Shown here: one piece after another, positions 28,404 to 39,491 of the stretch | How the letters are laid out: each line of letters opens with the position of its first letter | Position numbering within the stretch: position 1 is the stretch's first letter | Assembly (NCBI GenBank): GCA_023898585.1 | Contig: CP060229.1 | Span: 11,388-75,387 of the forward strand | DNA from: Candidatus Nomurabacteria bacterium | GTDB taxonomy: Bacteria; Patescibacteriota; Minisyncoccia; Phycocordibacterales; UBA918 | Direction: 5' to 3' | Length of the DNA: 64,000 bases | Translations under genes and position numbers: made by a program | Notes under the pieces: generated by a model | Seen by the model: the letters and a program-made list of their open reading frames with translations, nothing else | Databases searched by the model: none | Told to the model about the DNA's origin: nothing

Positions 28404-29702
28404 CTAATACTTATCTTTGAGACGTCCGGAAACATCTCTCACTGCAGACGAGACATCATTGCGGTTTTCGTTGATGTCTCTCGCCATGGTAGCAAAAATG
28501 CTTTCAGTCGCACTAAGTTCCGGGTTCAACCAACCCTTGGCAATAAAAGCCGACTTAAAAGATTCCCGTCCGAAGTCGTCATCGCTACCCAAATTAACAG
28601 TACTGCGGTGTGCCGGAGCCATATTGGAAGCGATGGCGATTCTGGTCGCGATATTTTCTCCGCCCAAAAGATTCATTAGATTACCGGCGCCGGTGAAGTT
28701 GTCTGATGACTTAAGCAATGACAGGGCATAAAATTTTCCGTAGGTACGTCTCACCGTCGCGGTTGCACCCTGTGGAATCTCGGCAATGGCAAAATTCAAG
28801 TTGGGATTACTGTTTTCAATCTCGCGACCTTCGCTACCATAACCGAAGTAGAAGACTAGGTCCTCAGAAGTGAAGAGGAAGCGATCTTCAGCCAATGAAC
28901 GATTCCATGAATAGAGAGTGTTGCTTGGCTTGCTGAATTTTGTGTAGAAATCGGCGGCTGAGAAAAGTGGGTCGGAGCCTCCCGGAGCGGATTGTAGCTT
29001 AATGACGTAGTTTCCGTCTTTGTCTTCGGCTACCAACTCTGACCCGCCCTGAATCATAAGAGCGGAGATTATCCCGAAAGCGTTACGGATATTGCTATAC
29101 TCACCCATCGCTACGACACTGCGGTTTATCGTACGGTCGAAATCTCGCGAAATAAGCTCCGGAAACATTATGTTGACCAGATTTTCCCAAGTCTGAGGAG
29201 GGTTCAAATATCCCTTGTTGGTGAGAATATCTTTGTTCCAGTACATCATAAGAGGATCAACCGCAATCGGCAAACCGTACACGCCATCTGACATGTAAAA
29301 GACTGAGGCGCCATCAAGGTATAGATTTCCAAAATCGACTTTTGGAATGGAAACTGGTTGAATGCGCCTGCGCATCTCAACCAACTTTTCCTGTGAGACG
29401 AGAATGAGATCGGGCCCGACCCCATCGGCTAACGCGCTTAATAAGGCGGAATCGAAATCGCTTGGTCGAAAATATCGGTAAGTGACATTATTATAAGCTT
29501 CATTTTCTTCCGCCAGTTCAGACAGGATTTGGTTTATGCCATTTCCGGGTAGGGTGCCCCAAATAGAAACTGTCCCAATGGTAACCAATTCGGATGAAGA
29601 AGAGTTAGACGGTGGGTCGATGATTTTCAGAACAAACAACGCCACAAAAGCGAAGAGTACAAAGATAATCACTAGAGCCAATTCAAAAGGACGCAGTTTC
29701 AT
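28404..29702 (-). CDS. extracellular solute-binding protein-like (ABC-type SBP fold), membrane-anchored
   Basis: N-terminal TM anchor, then SBP-like sequence pattern (VSIWGTLPG...GPDLILVSQE). No permease genes adjacent. Confidence 0.4.
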   Translation of the reverse strand: MKLRPFELALVIIFVLFAFVALFVLKIIDPPSNSSSSELVTIGTVSIWGTLPGNGINQILSELAEENEAYNNVTYRYFRPSDFDSALLSALADGVGPDLILVSQEKLVEMRRRIQPVSIPKVDFGNLYLDGASVFYMSDGVYGLPIAVDPLMMYWNKDILTNKGYLNPPQTWENLVNIMFPELISRDFDRTINRSVVAMGEYSNIRNAFGIISALMIQGGSELVAEDKDGNYVIKLQSAPGGSDPLFSAADFYTKFSKPSNTLYSWNRSLAEDRFLFTSEDLVFYFGYGSEGREIENSNPNLNFAIAEIPQGATATVRRTYGKFYALSLLKSSDNFTGAGNLMNLLGGENIATRIAIASNMAPAHRSTVNLGSDDDFGRESFKSAFIAKGWLNPELSATESIFATMARDINENRNDVSSAVRDVSGRLKDKY

Positions 29703-30247
29703 ATTTTACGAAAAGCTAGCCCGTAGTGGTGATCTCCGGCCGGATATTCTCTATCGAAAGTAAAGCCGTTGGCTTCAAAAAGAATGGTGGCGTCATCGGC
29801 TGAGATGACTTGTTCGGGTTGTGGTCCCATGCCAGCAAATGACTCCGCCCAATCAATGACAAAAAACTTTCCACCGGAGCGAACCGTTCTACCCATTTCC
29901 TTGACAGCGGTTTCTTTGTCTTCAATCAAAAATAAAGTGTTGGACAATAAAGCCACGTCCAACTCTCCATCGTCTATCATAATACCGTTGGCCTCTTCCA
30001 GATCACACCAGAGAGGATGGATATTGGTGAGTCCCATTAGACGGGCTTGATCGCCGAGTTTCTCGACTAGCGGTTTTTGGATTTCGCAGACGTAAACCCG
30101 CCCGGTCCCGCCTGTGGCTTTTGACAAAACTTTAAGAAAAAAACCGCTTCCGGCACCGAAGTCGGCGATTATGTCACCCTCTCTAATATGAAAATGTGTG
30201 GCTACTATATCCGGTACCACAAACCGCCCGCCAATTGGTGTATTCAT
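29699..30247 (-). CDS. class I SAM-dependent methyltransferase
   Basis: Motif I IADFGAGSGFFLKVL; small 182-aa MTase; stop overlaps SBP start (ATGA). Confidence 0.7.
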   Translation of the reverse strand: MNTPIGGRFVVPDIVATHFHIREGDIIADFGAGSGFFLKVLSKATGGTGRVYVCEIQKPLVEKLGDQARLMGLTNIHPLWCDLEEANGIMIDDGELDVALLSNTLFLIEDKETAVKEMGRTVRSGGKFFVIDWAESFAGMGPQPEQVISADDATILFEANGFTFDREYPAGDHHYGLAFRKI

Positions 30248-30416
30248 TATATTTATTATACATGTTCAGAGCGGTTGTTTGGAAGAGTGTTGTGAAAAAC
30301 GGGGCGGAACACAAAGGGTTCCGCCCCGTTTTTCCACCAAACAGGACTTACTTTACTCCCTCTCAAAAACCTTTGCCACGTCTAGCTTTGTATATCAGTG
30401 CCTTTATGGACAGTTT

Positions 30417-32885
30417 CTAAACAAACACCACACTAGCGATGGAGTCTCCAGCTCGCATTTTCATCACTCTCACTCCTTGAGTCTGCCGACCAAGAGTAGG
30501 CACCTGCTTGAGCGGGAGTTTGATCACTTGACCTTTCTTGCTCATAATAACCAACTCACCTTCCATTCTCTCCTCTCCGGTCACAATAATACCCCTAACA
30601 ATCTTGCCTGTTTTGTCAGTCACTTTTGCTGTTTTGATACCAGAGCCACTACGTTTTTGAGTCTTGTATTCTTTGGCCGGTGTAGTTTTTCCGTAGCCAT
30701 ACTCGGTCACGATCAACACTTCTCTGCCTTTGTCACCACCTTTCAACACATCCGCGGACACGATTTTATCACCTTTTGCCAGTTTCATAGCTGTGACACC
30801 GGCTGCCGTTCTTCCCATTTGACGCACGTCTGATTCCTTGAAACGAATCGCCTGACCTTTCTCGGTAATTAAAGAAACTTCATCCCCTTTCCCGACAAAC
30901 TGAGCCGCGATCAGGGAGTCTCCGTCTTTGAGAGTAATACCAATCAACCCGCTACGCCTTACGTCTTTAAACGAAGCTGCGTCGCTTTTCTTAGCGACAC
31001 CACTCTTGGTCACCATCATCAAAGACCAATCACCGTCCCACTCTTCCTTCCGCACTGCCAAAACCGAGGTAACATTCTCCTCGCTACTGAGAGAGAGAAA
31101 GTTCATAATTGACTTACCTTTAGTCGCTTTTCTACCTTCCGGTATTTCATACATCTTGCACTGGTAGACCTTTCCGGAGTCAGTGAAGAAAAGTAAATCG
31201 CTGTGAGAAGAAGTGGTAAGAAGAGTAGTTACCACATCTTCTTCTTTGGTATTGAGGTCGACCACACCGACGCCACCGCGTTTTTGCGTTTTGTATTCGG
31301 CAGGATTGGTACGTTTGACATAACCACCTTTGGTAAGAACCAACACACTTTCATCGTCCGGAACCAGGTCTTCGGGACTGAGCTGTTTGACTCCCCCCTT
31401 CACGATTTTGGTGCGACGGTCATCGCCAAACTTGTCAGCCACTTCTTGCAGTTCGTCTTTGACGATTTTCATCATCTTAGCTTTACTCTTAAGAATCGCT
31501 TCCAACTCTTTAATAAGTTTTTGAATGGCAGTCAATTCGTCTTCGATCTTCTTACGCTCCAAGCCAGCCAACTTCTGCAAGCGCATATCAAGAATAGCCT
31601 GAGCCTGAATAGCTGAAAACTTGAATTGCTTCATCAAGGAGGCGTGTGCTTCCGGTACATCCTTGGCTGCCCGGATCAATTTAATAATCTTGTCGATGTG
31701 GTCAAGCGCTTTTTTGAGTCCGAGCAAGATGTGCTCACGGTCTTTGGCTTTTTCCAAATCATATTCCGTACGACGTTTGATCACTTCGGCACGGTGTTTT
31801 ACATACTCCTCTAAAATAGCTTTGAGTGATAAAGTTTGTGGCACGCCATCAACCAACGCCACCATGTTGTAGTGAAAGGTATCTTCCAGCTGAGTGTGTT
31901 TGTATAGCTTGTTCAGTACAGTCTGAGGTTGGGCGCCGGTCTTGAGGTCGATCACCACTCGAACATCATTTGTCGATTCGTCCCTCATTTCCCGGATTCC
32001 GTCAATTTTTTTCTCGCGCACCAAATTGGCGATTTTTTCTTGTAGATCAGCCTTATTGACTCGAAACGGTATTGAAGTGATAACAATTGAGAAGGAGCCT
32101 CTCTTATCCTCCACTATTTCGGCTTCCCCACGTACCACCACTCCACCTCGACCATTGGCGTAAGCTTGAGCAATAGCCTTCTTATCAAAGGCGATGGCTC
32201 CCATTGGAAAATCAGGACCCTGAATATATTTCAAAAGATCGTCAGTGGATGCCTCGGGATTATCTATCAAGTAATTGGTAGCCTCGACCACTTCACGCAA
32301 ATTATGCGGTGGAATATTGGTAGCCATTCCAACGGCGATACCAAGCGAACCTAGAAGAAGCAGGTTGGGAGCAGCGGCCGGAAGAACGGTCGGTTCTTTT
32401 TTTGTGCCGTCGAAGTTTGGTCGCCAGTCAACCGTATTTTTTTCCAAATCACGAAGCATTTCCTCCGCCACCTTGGACATTTTTGCTTCAGTATAACGAT
32501 AAGCGGCCGGACTATCTCCATCAATTGAACCGAAATTACCCTGTCCAATAACCAGTGGATAACGTGTGGAAAAGTCCTGCGCGAGCTTCACCATCGCTTC
32601 ATAGACCGCAGTATCTCCATGGGGGTGAAAACTACCGAGCACGTCTCCGACCACAGTTGCCGATTTGCGGAATTTAGCGGTGGAAGTAAGACCATTAAGA
32701 CGCATGGAGTACAAGATACGGCGGTGTACAGGCTTCAAACCGTCACGCACATCGGGCAAGGCACGTTGAGTAATAACCGACATCGCGTAGTCGAGATACG
32801 CTGTTTCCATTTCACTGGTTATATTCTGCGGAATGATTCCGTTGTTAGGTTTTGTCGGTTCTGGGGCGGATGTTTTTTTCGGCAT
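30417..32885 (-). CDS. gyrA: DNA gyrase subunit A
   Basis: [16 protein letters not shown], active-site Tyr region AAYRYTE-like, C-terminal beta-pinwheel repeats. Confidence 0.95.
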   Translation of the reverse strand: MPKKTSAPEPTKPNNGIIPQNITSEMETAYLDYAMSVITQRALPDVRDGLKPVHRRILYSMRLNGLTSTAKFRKSATVVGDVLGSFHPHGDTAVYEAMVKLAQDFSTRYPLVIGQGNFGSIDGDSPAAYRYTEAKMSKVAEEMLRDLEKNTVDWRPNFDGTKKEPTVLPAAAPNLLLLGSLGIAVGMATNIPPHNLREVVEATNYLIDNPEASTDDLLKYIQGPDFPMGAIAFDKKAIAQAYANGRGGVVVRGEAEIVEDKRGSFSIVITSIPFRVNKADLQEKIANLVREKKIDGIREMRDESTNDVRVVIDLKTGAQPQTVLNKLYKHTQLEDTFHYNMVALVDGVPQTLSLKAILEEYVKHRAEVIKRRTEYDLEKAKDREHILLGLKKALDHIDKIIKLIRAAKDVPEAHASLMKQFKFSAIQAQAILDMRLQKLAGLERKKIEDELTAIQKLIKELEAILKSKAKMMKIVKDELQEVADKFGDDRRTKIVKGGVKQLSPEDLVPDDESVLVLTKGGYVKRTNPAEYKTQKRGGVGVVDLNTKEEDVVTTLLTTSSHSDLLFFTDSGKVYQCKMYEIPEGRKATKGKSIMNFLSLSSEENVTSVLAVRKEEWDGDWSLMMVTKSGVAKKSDAASFKDVRRSGLIGITLKDGDSLIAAQFVGKGDEVSLITEKGQAIRFKESDVRQMGRTAAGVTAMKLAKGDKIVSADVLKGGDKGREVLIVTEYGYGKTTPAKEYKTQKRSGSGIKTAKVTDKTGKIVRGIIVTGEERMEGELVIMSKKGQVIKLPLKQVPTLGRQTQGVRVMKMRAGDSIASVVFV

Positions 32886-32939
32886 ATTTTTTATTGCAAA
32901 TCAGGAAAACTGTAAAAATTGGGTGGTATTATAGCACAA

Positions 32940-33458
32940 TTACTCATTTGGGGCGGTAGTCGATGAATTTTCCCCTACGTCAGGAACAGTGACTATTCTC
33001 ACTTCTCTTGGCGGTGAAACAACAGTAGGTGTAGTTTTTGTCTCATTTATACCGACAGAGCTTGTAGAGGAGTCGGTTGCGTCAGAAGTTGTGCCAGAAT
33101 AAGTGGAGGTGGTAGTGGTAGCAACTGAAGAAGAAGCTTCGATAAAACCATAAAATGCTGGTTCATTCTCTATTTTACGCTCAGCATTTCGGAGCGTCCC
33201 TTCACTCACAGGCTCCGCTTCTCCCTTAACTGCCTCCTTAACAGCTGAAATTTGCCCCTCCACTCCTTGAAACATTTTGAAAAAACCGGGTGAAGAGTCA
33301 TCATTTTGCAGTTCGACCAAGGCCGCGTTTCGCGCCGGCATATGGTACAACCACACCATAAAAACAACCGCTGTGAATGAACCGGCTATGCTGAGGGCGA
33401 TATTATCACGTACTCCTTTAGGCTTGCGACGAATTGCTCTTATGAGACGTTTTATCAT
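32940..33458 (-). CDS. hypothetical membrane-anchored protein with S/T-rich C-terminus
   Basis: One TM helix (ALSIAGSFTAVVFMVWLY); low-complexity T/S-rich tail. Confidence 0.45.
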   Translation of the reverse strand: MIKRLIRAIRRKPKGVRDNIALSIAGSFTAVVFMVWLYHMPARNAALVELQNDDSSPGFFKMFQGVEGQISAVKEAVKGEAEPVSEGTLRNAERKIENEPAFYGFIEASSSVATTTTSTYSGTTSDATDSSTSSVGINETKTTPTVVSPPREVRIVTVPDVGENSSTTAPNE

Positions 33459-33466
33459 GTATCACA

Positions 33467-34087
33467 TTAAAACTTTAGTACAACCACATCTCCCGACATG
33501 GCGTGAACATCCTTTTTTTTCAGGGTGAGTTTATCAACCGGTTTTAAATCCTCTTCACTTTCTTCCTTCAAAAAAGTTTTTAGAGAGGTGGCGTCGTAAT
33601 GCATAGGAATGATCAAATGCGCTTCGAGCTTAACCGCTAGTTTGGAAGCTTGAGGTACGGATAACACGTCACCACCTCCGATCGGTAGAAAGAGAATGTC
33701 GATATCGCCGAGTTCACTGAGGATTTTCGGGTCGATTTCAGGATTACTCAACACTCCCAGAAACACTATGTTCATGTCCTCAAAATGAACTTGGTATATG
33801 GTGTTGTAGTATTCTTGATTGTGGTAAGTGGTTTTTACGCCAAAACCGCGGGCTGTTACTTGACCTATCTCATATTCACCCGGCCCATCGGCGATGAAGG
33901 GCTGTTTGGAACCGTGAGCGACTTGATCAACCCCGTTAAAATCCGGGTGCCACAGCGTGACAAAAGTGGCATCAGCACCGAATTTAACAACATCTAATTT
34001 TGATTTTTTAGCAATCGGGTTAAAAGCTATGGTCGTGCCCCCGAACGATAATTTAAAGCACTGACCCCCGTGATATGTGATAACCAT
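33467..34087 (-). CDS. MBL-fold metallo-hydrolase (UPF0173-like)
   Basis: Small 206-aa beta-lactamase-fold pattern; LFLPIGGGD...HLIIPMHYD. Confidence 0.65.
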   Translation of the reverse strand: MVITYHGGQCFKLSFGGTTIAFNPIAKKSKLDVVKFGADATFVTLWHPDFNGVDQVAHGSKQPFIADGPGEYEIGQVTARGFGVKTTYHNQEYYNTIYQVHFEDMNIVFLGVLSNPEIDPKILSELGDIDILFLPIGGGDVLSVPQASKLAVKLEAHLIIPMHYDATSLKTFLKEESEEDLKPVDKLTLKKKDVHAMSGDVVVLKF

Positions 34088-34676
34088 AGTGTGGCTAGTA
34101 TACTTTATTCTGGCCGGAAGCCAAAGTTTTGCCGTCTTTCGGTGGACTCAATCCGGCTATTGACAAATATTTTGGGTGTGCTAGGGTATGTGGCGAAGTA
34201 GTTCCCCACAACGACCCGCAACCCTAAGCCAGGAAGGAGATGATCATGCGAACGTCCATGACGCACACCAATATCTTTTAAACCTGCCACGGCGCCGCCT
34301 CCCAACCCGTAAGGGTGCTGGGAAACAAGAAGAAAGCCCCGACATCAAAGTTTTGATGTCGGGGCTATTATTTTGCTCGACAAAAATTACTTTCTATACT
34401 ATATTTGTCGCACCTTTTTAGGTAATTAATAGTTCATCCCGCACCAAGTTAATTTCGTGGTACTGATGTTTGATCAGGATGGTTGGTGAAACAAACTCAT
34501 CATCACCATCGGTACTGAGAGATTAATTTGGTGCAGGGACTTCTAGCGACACACGTTTAACCCTGCGTTCATGAACTATGGCCAGGGCGGGGTGGAAAAT
34601 TTCGAAGAAATTTTCCACCCCGCCCGTACGAGCAACAGTTACGCAGACGCGTGTCGTCGGAATAACAAAAAAATAA

Positions 34677-35798
34677 ATGTTTGGATTTAAAAAAGCCAGT
34701 GAGACTGAAACATCACCGGCATCTACACCCGCGGGTGTAATGGATAAGTATTTAGCTGAGACACCATCTTCCCCCAAGGAAGGAGAAGTGGTCGAGGGAG
34801 TGGTTTCAGCCATTGGTCGAGCTCGGGTCTATATTGATATCGCCCCATTTGGTACCGGACTTATTTATGGCCGAGAATACATGAACGCACGCGATATATT
34901 GCGTAAAGTTCACGCCGGCGACACCATCGCTTCAAAAGTAGTAATGCCGGAGAATGAAGACGGCTACATAGAACTTTCACTCAAAGAAGCGCGACAAGCT
35001 TTGATTTGGGCTGATGCGGAATCCGCGGTAAAGAACGGTACTGTTCTCAGTTTGGAGGTGAAAGAGGCGAACAAGGGTGGACTTATTATAGAGTGGCAAG
35101 GTATTCAAGGATTCCTTCCTGCATCACAGTTGTCAGCAGAAAATTATCCACGAGTTTCAGACGGAGACAAGGACAAGATCCTCACCGCTCTCAATGAGCT
35201 GGTCGGCAAACACCTTTCAGTGGTGATGATAACCGCAGATTCAAAAGAGCATAAATTGATTTTCTCGGAAAAGGGATTGCAAGAAAAAGAAGAGAAAGAA
35301 GAGAAGGTCAACAAATACGAAATTGGAAACGTGATAAGAGGTGAAGTTACCGGCGCTGTCGATTTTGGTGTGTTTGTAAAGCTGGAGCCCGGACTCGAAG
35401 GTCTGGTGCATATTTCCGAACTTGACTGGGGTCTTGTCGAAGACACCAAAGCCATGTTCAAAATCGGCGATGAAGTCGATGTGAAAGTCATAGAAGTTAA
35501 AGACGATAAGATCTCACTTTCTATCAAACAACTGAAAGAAAATCCGTGGGTAACAGCGTCAAAGAGATATGAAAAAGGTCAGATTGTGGACGGAGTGGTT
35601 ATTAAATACAACAAGCACGGGGCTCTTGCTTCGATTGAAGAAGGGGTAGCCGGGCTTGTTCACGTATCTGAATTTGAGACAGAAGAAAAGCTCAAAGCCG
35701 AATTGTCGCTTGGTAACGTTTACAAATTCAAGATTTCCCTTTTTGAGCCAAGTGAACAAAAAATGACACTCTCATTCAAAGAAGCAAAGGTCAAATAA
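34677..35798 (+). CDS. rpsA: ribosomal protein S1-like (four S1 domains)
   Basis: Repeated S1 motifs (GEVVEGVVSAI.., GDTIASKVV, GNVIRGEVTGAVDFGVFVKL, GQIVDGVVIKYNKHGALASI). Confidence 0.8.
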   Translation: MFGFKKASETETSPASTPAGVMDKYLAETPSSPKEGEVVEGVVSAIGRARVYIDIAPFGTGLIYGREYMNARDILRKVHAGDTIASKVVMPENEDGYIELSLKEARQALIWADAESAVKNGTVLSLEVKEANKGGLIIEWQGIQGFLPASQLSAENYPRVSDGDKDKILTALNELVGKHLSVVMITADSKEHKLIFSEKGLQEKEEKEEKVNKYEIGNVIRGEVTGAVDFGVFVKLEPGLEGLVHISELDWGLVEDTKAMFKIGDEVDVKVIEVKDDKISLSIKQLKENPWVTASKRYEKGQIVDGVVIKYNKHGALASIEEGVAGLVHVSEFETEEKLKAELSLGNVYKFKISLFEPSEQKMTLSFKEAKVK

Positions 35799-35956
35799 TC
35801 TAAACAAAATTTTGACGAGCAAGAACCGGCCCATAAAGCCGGTTTTTGTACAACAAATATAGGTTGCGTTCTCTGTTAAATATGCTCTAATTATTATACA
35901 ATCGGAAAAGATTTGGCCGGTTAGTACAAAACACATCTTAGAGAGGAGGAGCTGTA

Positions 35957-36154
35957 ATGTACCACAAAAAAACTGAGCTACATTCACCTCTTGAGGTAGT
36001 GATAGCAATCGTAGTGATGTGTGTTGTCGGCATGATATCGCTGGAAAATATCAGATTACTCGTTGCATTCAGCGTAGCGATAATCTTAATTTTTTTAGTA
36101 GCCGGACCCATAAAGAGACTACTTGATAAACACCTCACCCCTCCGTCCCGCTAG
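35957..36154 (+). CDS. small two-TM membrane protein, hypothetical
   Basis: Strong SD GAGGAGG 7 nt upstream of ATG; 65 aa with two hydrophobic helices. Confidence 0.4.
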   Translation: MYHKKTELHSPLEVVIAIVVMCVVGMISLENIRLLVAFSVAIILIFLVAGPIKRLLDKHLTPPSR

Positions 36155-36195
36155 GGACACCTAACCACCCTCGATCTCCGGATTTGAGGGTGAAT

Positions 36196-36783
36196 TTAAT
36201 TACATTTATTCATAGCCACTTCTGCCCCTTCAGAAACTACCATTTCAATAGCACGCTTCACTTTTTCAAACACTTCGAGTAGCTGTTTCTGTTCTTTTGT
36301 CGTAAACGGTTTCAAAACAAAACGCTCAAGTGGACCACCACCTGCTGGTCTTCTTATCTTTCCTGTCCAAAAATTTTTAGTAGCTATTCCCACCCGTACA
36401 CGAATAAAATCCTTTGAATTAAGTTTTTCTATAATTGACTGCACACCTTTATTTCCCCCTGCCCCTCTGCTCTGCACTACTTTTATCTCGCCAAAGGGCA
36501 AATCTATGTCATCGTGAACGACAATCAACTGTGAGAGCTCTTTTTTAGGAACCAGTTTCACTACTGCGCTACCAGAATTATTCATGTATGTGTTCGGGTA
36601 CAGAATTTTTACTTCCATTCCCAAAACATTACCTTCGCTTACTCGTCCCGAAAAAGTTTTTGATTCGATCGGGTCAGGCAATTGCGATTCTTCCAAAAAA
36701 TAATCCAGACACAACCACCCGACATTATGTCTCGTTTTCACATACTCATCACCCGGATTGCCCAACGCAACAATGTATTTCAT
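36196..36783 (-). CDS. pth: peptidyl-tRNA hydrolase
   Basis: MKYIVALGNPGDEYVKTRHNVGW N-terminal signature; start at ATG 36783. Confidence 0.9.
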   Translation of the reverse strand: MKYIVALGNPGDEYVKTRHNVGWLCLDYFLEESQLPDPIESKTFSGRVSEGNVLGMEVKILYPNTYMNNSGSAVVKLVPKKELSQLIVVHDDIDLPFGEIKVVQSRGAGGNKGVQSIIEKLNSKDFIRVRVGIATKNFWTGKIRRPAGGGPLERFVLKPFTTKEQKQLLEVFEKVKRAIEMVVSEGAEVAMNKCN

Positions 36784-36888
36784 TAACGTATTGTACACGA
36801 AAAATGTAAACGGGATGTGTTTTTCGTAACCATTCGCCAAGTTTGTTTTTGCCTGCAAAATTTCGTATACTACTGACAACTTAATCTT

Positions 36889-37530
36889 ATGTCATTACTT
36901 ACAGATAAAAATTTTACCGATGATATGAGTGATGACTTGTCTGACAACGAAAGCACGAAGCACCCTCTGACGGAAATCTTCCATTTTTCCATAATAGCAA
37001 TATTGATTGTTATACCGATACGAATGTTTGTAGCTCAACCTTTCATTGTGTCTGGCGCCTCCATGGACGACACTTTTGCCACTGGCCAGTACCTGATTGT
37101 CGATCAACTTACCTACCATTTTGAAAAACCAGAGAGAGGTGATGTTGTAATATTCCGCCCACCCATTGACCTCTCAAAATTTTATATAAAAAGAGTTATT
37201 GGCATCCCTGGTGACACCATCATCATAGACAAAGGCGAAGTAACTATTAAGAACGAGGGGTACCCTGATGGCTTCGTTCTTGATGAGACGTACATAAAAG
37301 AGATGTCTCCTGCTCCCAAATTAACGGAAATACTAGGTGACAGAGAATATTTTGTCATGGGTGATAATCGCAACCAAAGTTCAGACTCTCGAAGTTGGGG
37401 CATATTACAAGAAGAACTGATCATCGGTCGCGCTCTAGTTCGTCTGTTTCCTCCCAATGCAGTGAGTTACCTTCCCGGTGCGGTTGAAATAAAAGAAAAG
37501 AAGGAGAAACCAATAGACGAGCAACAATAA
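36889..37530 (+). CDS. lepB: signal peptidase I
   Basis: Catalytic Ser box SGASM, Lys box YIKRVIGIPGD, GDNRNQSSDSR box. Confidence 0.85.
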   Translation: MSLLTDKNFTDDMSDDLSDNESTKHPLTEIFHFSIIAILIVIPIRMFVAQPFIVSGASMDDTFATGQYLIVDQLTYHFEKPERGDVVIFRPPIDLSKFYIKRVIGIPGDTIIIDKGEVTIKNEGYPDGFVLDETYIKEMSPAPKLTEILGDREYFVMGDNRNQSSDSRSWGILQEELIIGRALVRLFPPNAVSYLPGAVEIKEKKEKPIDEQQ

Positions 37531-37554
37531 AAAATAAATTGTCATTTTAAAAAA

Positions 37555-38730
37555 TTGTTTATGTCACACACACCAACAGAGTTCCTCAAAATCGCCAATC
37601 GAACAGCTGAACATTTCGGCTTTCAAACGATTGACCAATTGAAGAGGTGCCCCGAATGCAAAAGGTGTGAAAAAACGATGCCTCATACTGTGACCAGTAC
37701 AAACAAACGAACTGACTCACACCAAGGATTACTCAGTTCCGGAATAGCTACTTTTTGTGAAGAAAAACTCCACTCTCTGGAAAAACCGATTCTTTTATAC
37801 TCTTTCGAGCAAGTGCCGAGAACCGGCGAGACCGCCGTCACATTTCATATATTCAATGTCGAAAGAAGTATCGCGGAAGCAATTTTGATTCATGCCACAC
37901 GAGCCCTAATAAACGATTTAGGCTACATAGACCACACCGTTCGTATCAACTCCTTGGGTGACACTGATTCCCTGACCAGATACAGTCGAGAGCTAACGAA
38001 CTTTCTCAGAAAACGCTTGGATATGATGCCTCCGGTTGCGAGAGAGCTTATGAAGGAACACCCTTTGAGCACACTCTCTTATCTCGTTGATCAAAACCAC
38101 GAGTTGGCCAACCGTAGCCCTAATCCTTTGGAATACTTGAGCGATCCGAGCCGTAAACACTTTAGAGAAATCATCGAATACTTGGATATGAGTGAGACTC
38201 CCTACGAAATAGATCCTAAAATGCTCGGTCATCACGAATGCTACTCCGATACTATTTTTTCTCTCGATATATCAAGTGACGATCCTGAATTCGAGACACC
38301 AGTAACTGCAAGGGGAGGAAGATTTGACGAATTCGTCTACCGCACCACTAGGACAAGAACCCCGGCCGTCGGGGCGGTCGTGGTATTAAAAAACAGCAAA
38401 GCCCCTGTTCGATCTCCAAAAGCAAAAACGCAAACCCCTTCGGTCTATGTGGTACAACTTGGATTTGGACCCAAAATTAAAAGCCTGTTACTTATCGACT
38501 CGCTTCGACAGGCCGGCATACCCACCTATCACAACCTTGCCAGCGATTCTCTTTCATCTCAATTGCGTGACGCTGAGGCACGAGGAGTTAAGTACACATT
38601 GATAATCGGCCAGAAAGAGTTTGTTGAAAATACCGTTATTTTTAGAGATATGGATGTCAGGAACCAGGAATATGTCGATCAAGCAACTTTAATCCGCAAG
38701 CTCAAACGCAAGTCTTCAGTCACAACTTAA
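37555..38730 (+). CDS. histidyl-tRNA synthetase-like protein (class II core + anticodon-binding domain; motif-2 arginines not conserved)
   Basis: HisRS-like blocks RINSLGD, ARGGRFDEF (motif 3-like), C-terminal anticodon-binding-like KYTLIIGQKEFVENTVIFRDMD; motif 2 region reads FEQVPRTGETAVTFHIFNVE. Confidence 0.55.
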   Translation: MFMSHTPTEFLKIANRTAEHFGFQTIDQLKRCPECKRCEKTMPHTVTSTNKRTDSHQGLLSSGIATFCEEKLHSLEKPILLYSFEQVPRTGETAVTFHIFNVERSIAEAILIHATRALINDLGYIDHTVRINSLGDTDSLTRYSRELTNFLRKRLDMMPPVARELMKEHPLSTLSYLVDQNHELANRSPNPLEYLSDPSRKHFREIIEYLDMSETPYEIDPKMLGHHECYSDTIFSLDISSDDPEFETPVTARGGRFDEFVYRTTRTRTPAVGAVVVLKNSKAPVRSPKAKTQTPSVYVVQLGFGPKIKSLLLIDSLRQAGIPTYHNLASDSLSSQLRDAEARGVKYTLIIGQKEFVENTVIFRDMDVRNQEYVDQATLIRKLKRKSSVTT

Positions 38731-38776
38731 AAAAGCTTGCACCATTAACTTCGAAGTGCTATGCTCTTCCCCACAT

Positions 38777-39022
38777 ATGGCAACCAATGTTGAAGTAAAA
38801 AAGAATAACAACGAAAGCAGTGCGAATATAATTCGTCGTTTTACGAAGCGTGTACAAAGCGCAGGCATAGTGCCGAAAGTTCGAAACGGCAGGTACTTTA
38901 CCCGTATCAAGAGCAGAAATGTTCAGCGGACAGCCAAGCTTAAAAAACTTGATAAGCGAGATGTGTACGAAAAGCTCGTAAAACTCGGTAAGGTTCAAGA
39001 GTTTCGCACTCGACGTCGCTAA
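38777..39022 (+). CDS. rpsU: ribosomal protein S21
   Basis: IIRRFTKRVQSAGIVPKVRNGRYFTRIKSRNVQRTAKLKK matches the S21 pattern; basic 81-aa protein. Confidence 0.7.
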   Translation: MATNVEVKKNNNESSANIIRRFTKRVQSAGIVPKVRNGRYFTRIKSRNVQRTAKLKKLDKRDVYEKLVKLGKVQEFRTRRR

Positions 39023-39093
39023 CAACCAAATCTTATTCAAGAAAAACAGCCGGTACACAGTGCCGGCTGTTTTCAGTCTACCGACAATGTATA

Positions 39094-39489
39094 ATGCCTG
39101 TACCAATGAATACCTTTTCAATAACAAGCACTATAAAGAGATATCCGATTGACCATCCTTACGAGAACATAAAGAATAAAATTCTTGGAGTGAAATACGA
39201 ACTGTCTTTAACCTTTGTTGGAAAAACGCGCGCTACCAAACTCAATAAGAAATATCGTAATAAAACCTATTTGCCAAACGTGCTTTCCTTCCCTCTCTCA
39301 CTCAACAACGGAGAAATTTTTATCTGTCCTTTGGTTGCTAAGTCGGAAGCTTCAGAATACGATCTTTCTCCGGACGGCTATGTTGCCTTTTTGTTTATCC
39401 ACGGACTGCTTCATTTGAAAGGTTATGATCATGGCGATACAATGGACAAAATGGAACAAAAGTATCTTAAGATGTTCAATATTTCTTAG
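39094..39489 (+). CDS. ybeY: rRNA maturation RNase YbeY
   Basis: HGLLHLKGYDH zinc motif. Confidence 0.85.
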   Translation: MPVPMNTFSITSTIKRYPIDHPYENIKNKILGVKYELSLTFVGKTRATKLNKKYRNKTYLPNVLSFPLSLNNGEIFICPLVAKSEASEYDLSPDGYVAFLFIHGLLHLKGYDHGDTMDKMEQKYLKMFNIS

Positions 39490-39491
39490 TT

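Noticed and set aside
30198-32915. Multiple 60-210-aa ORFs antisense to gyrA (e.g. 30198..30833, 31203..31616, 32619..32915)
   Set aside because: Embedded in a highly conserved, well-supported gyrA reading frame; typical antisense shadow ORFs.
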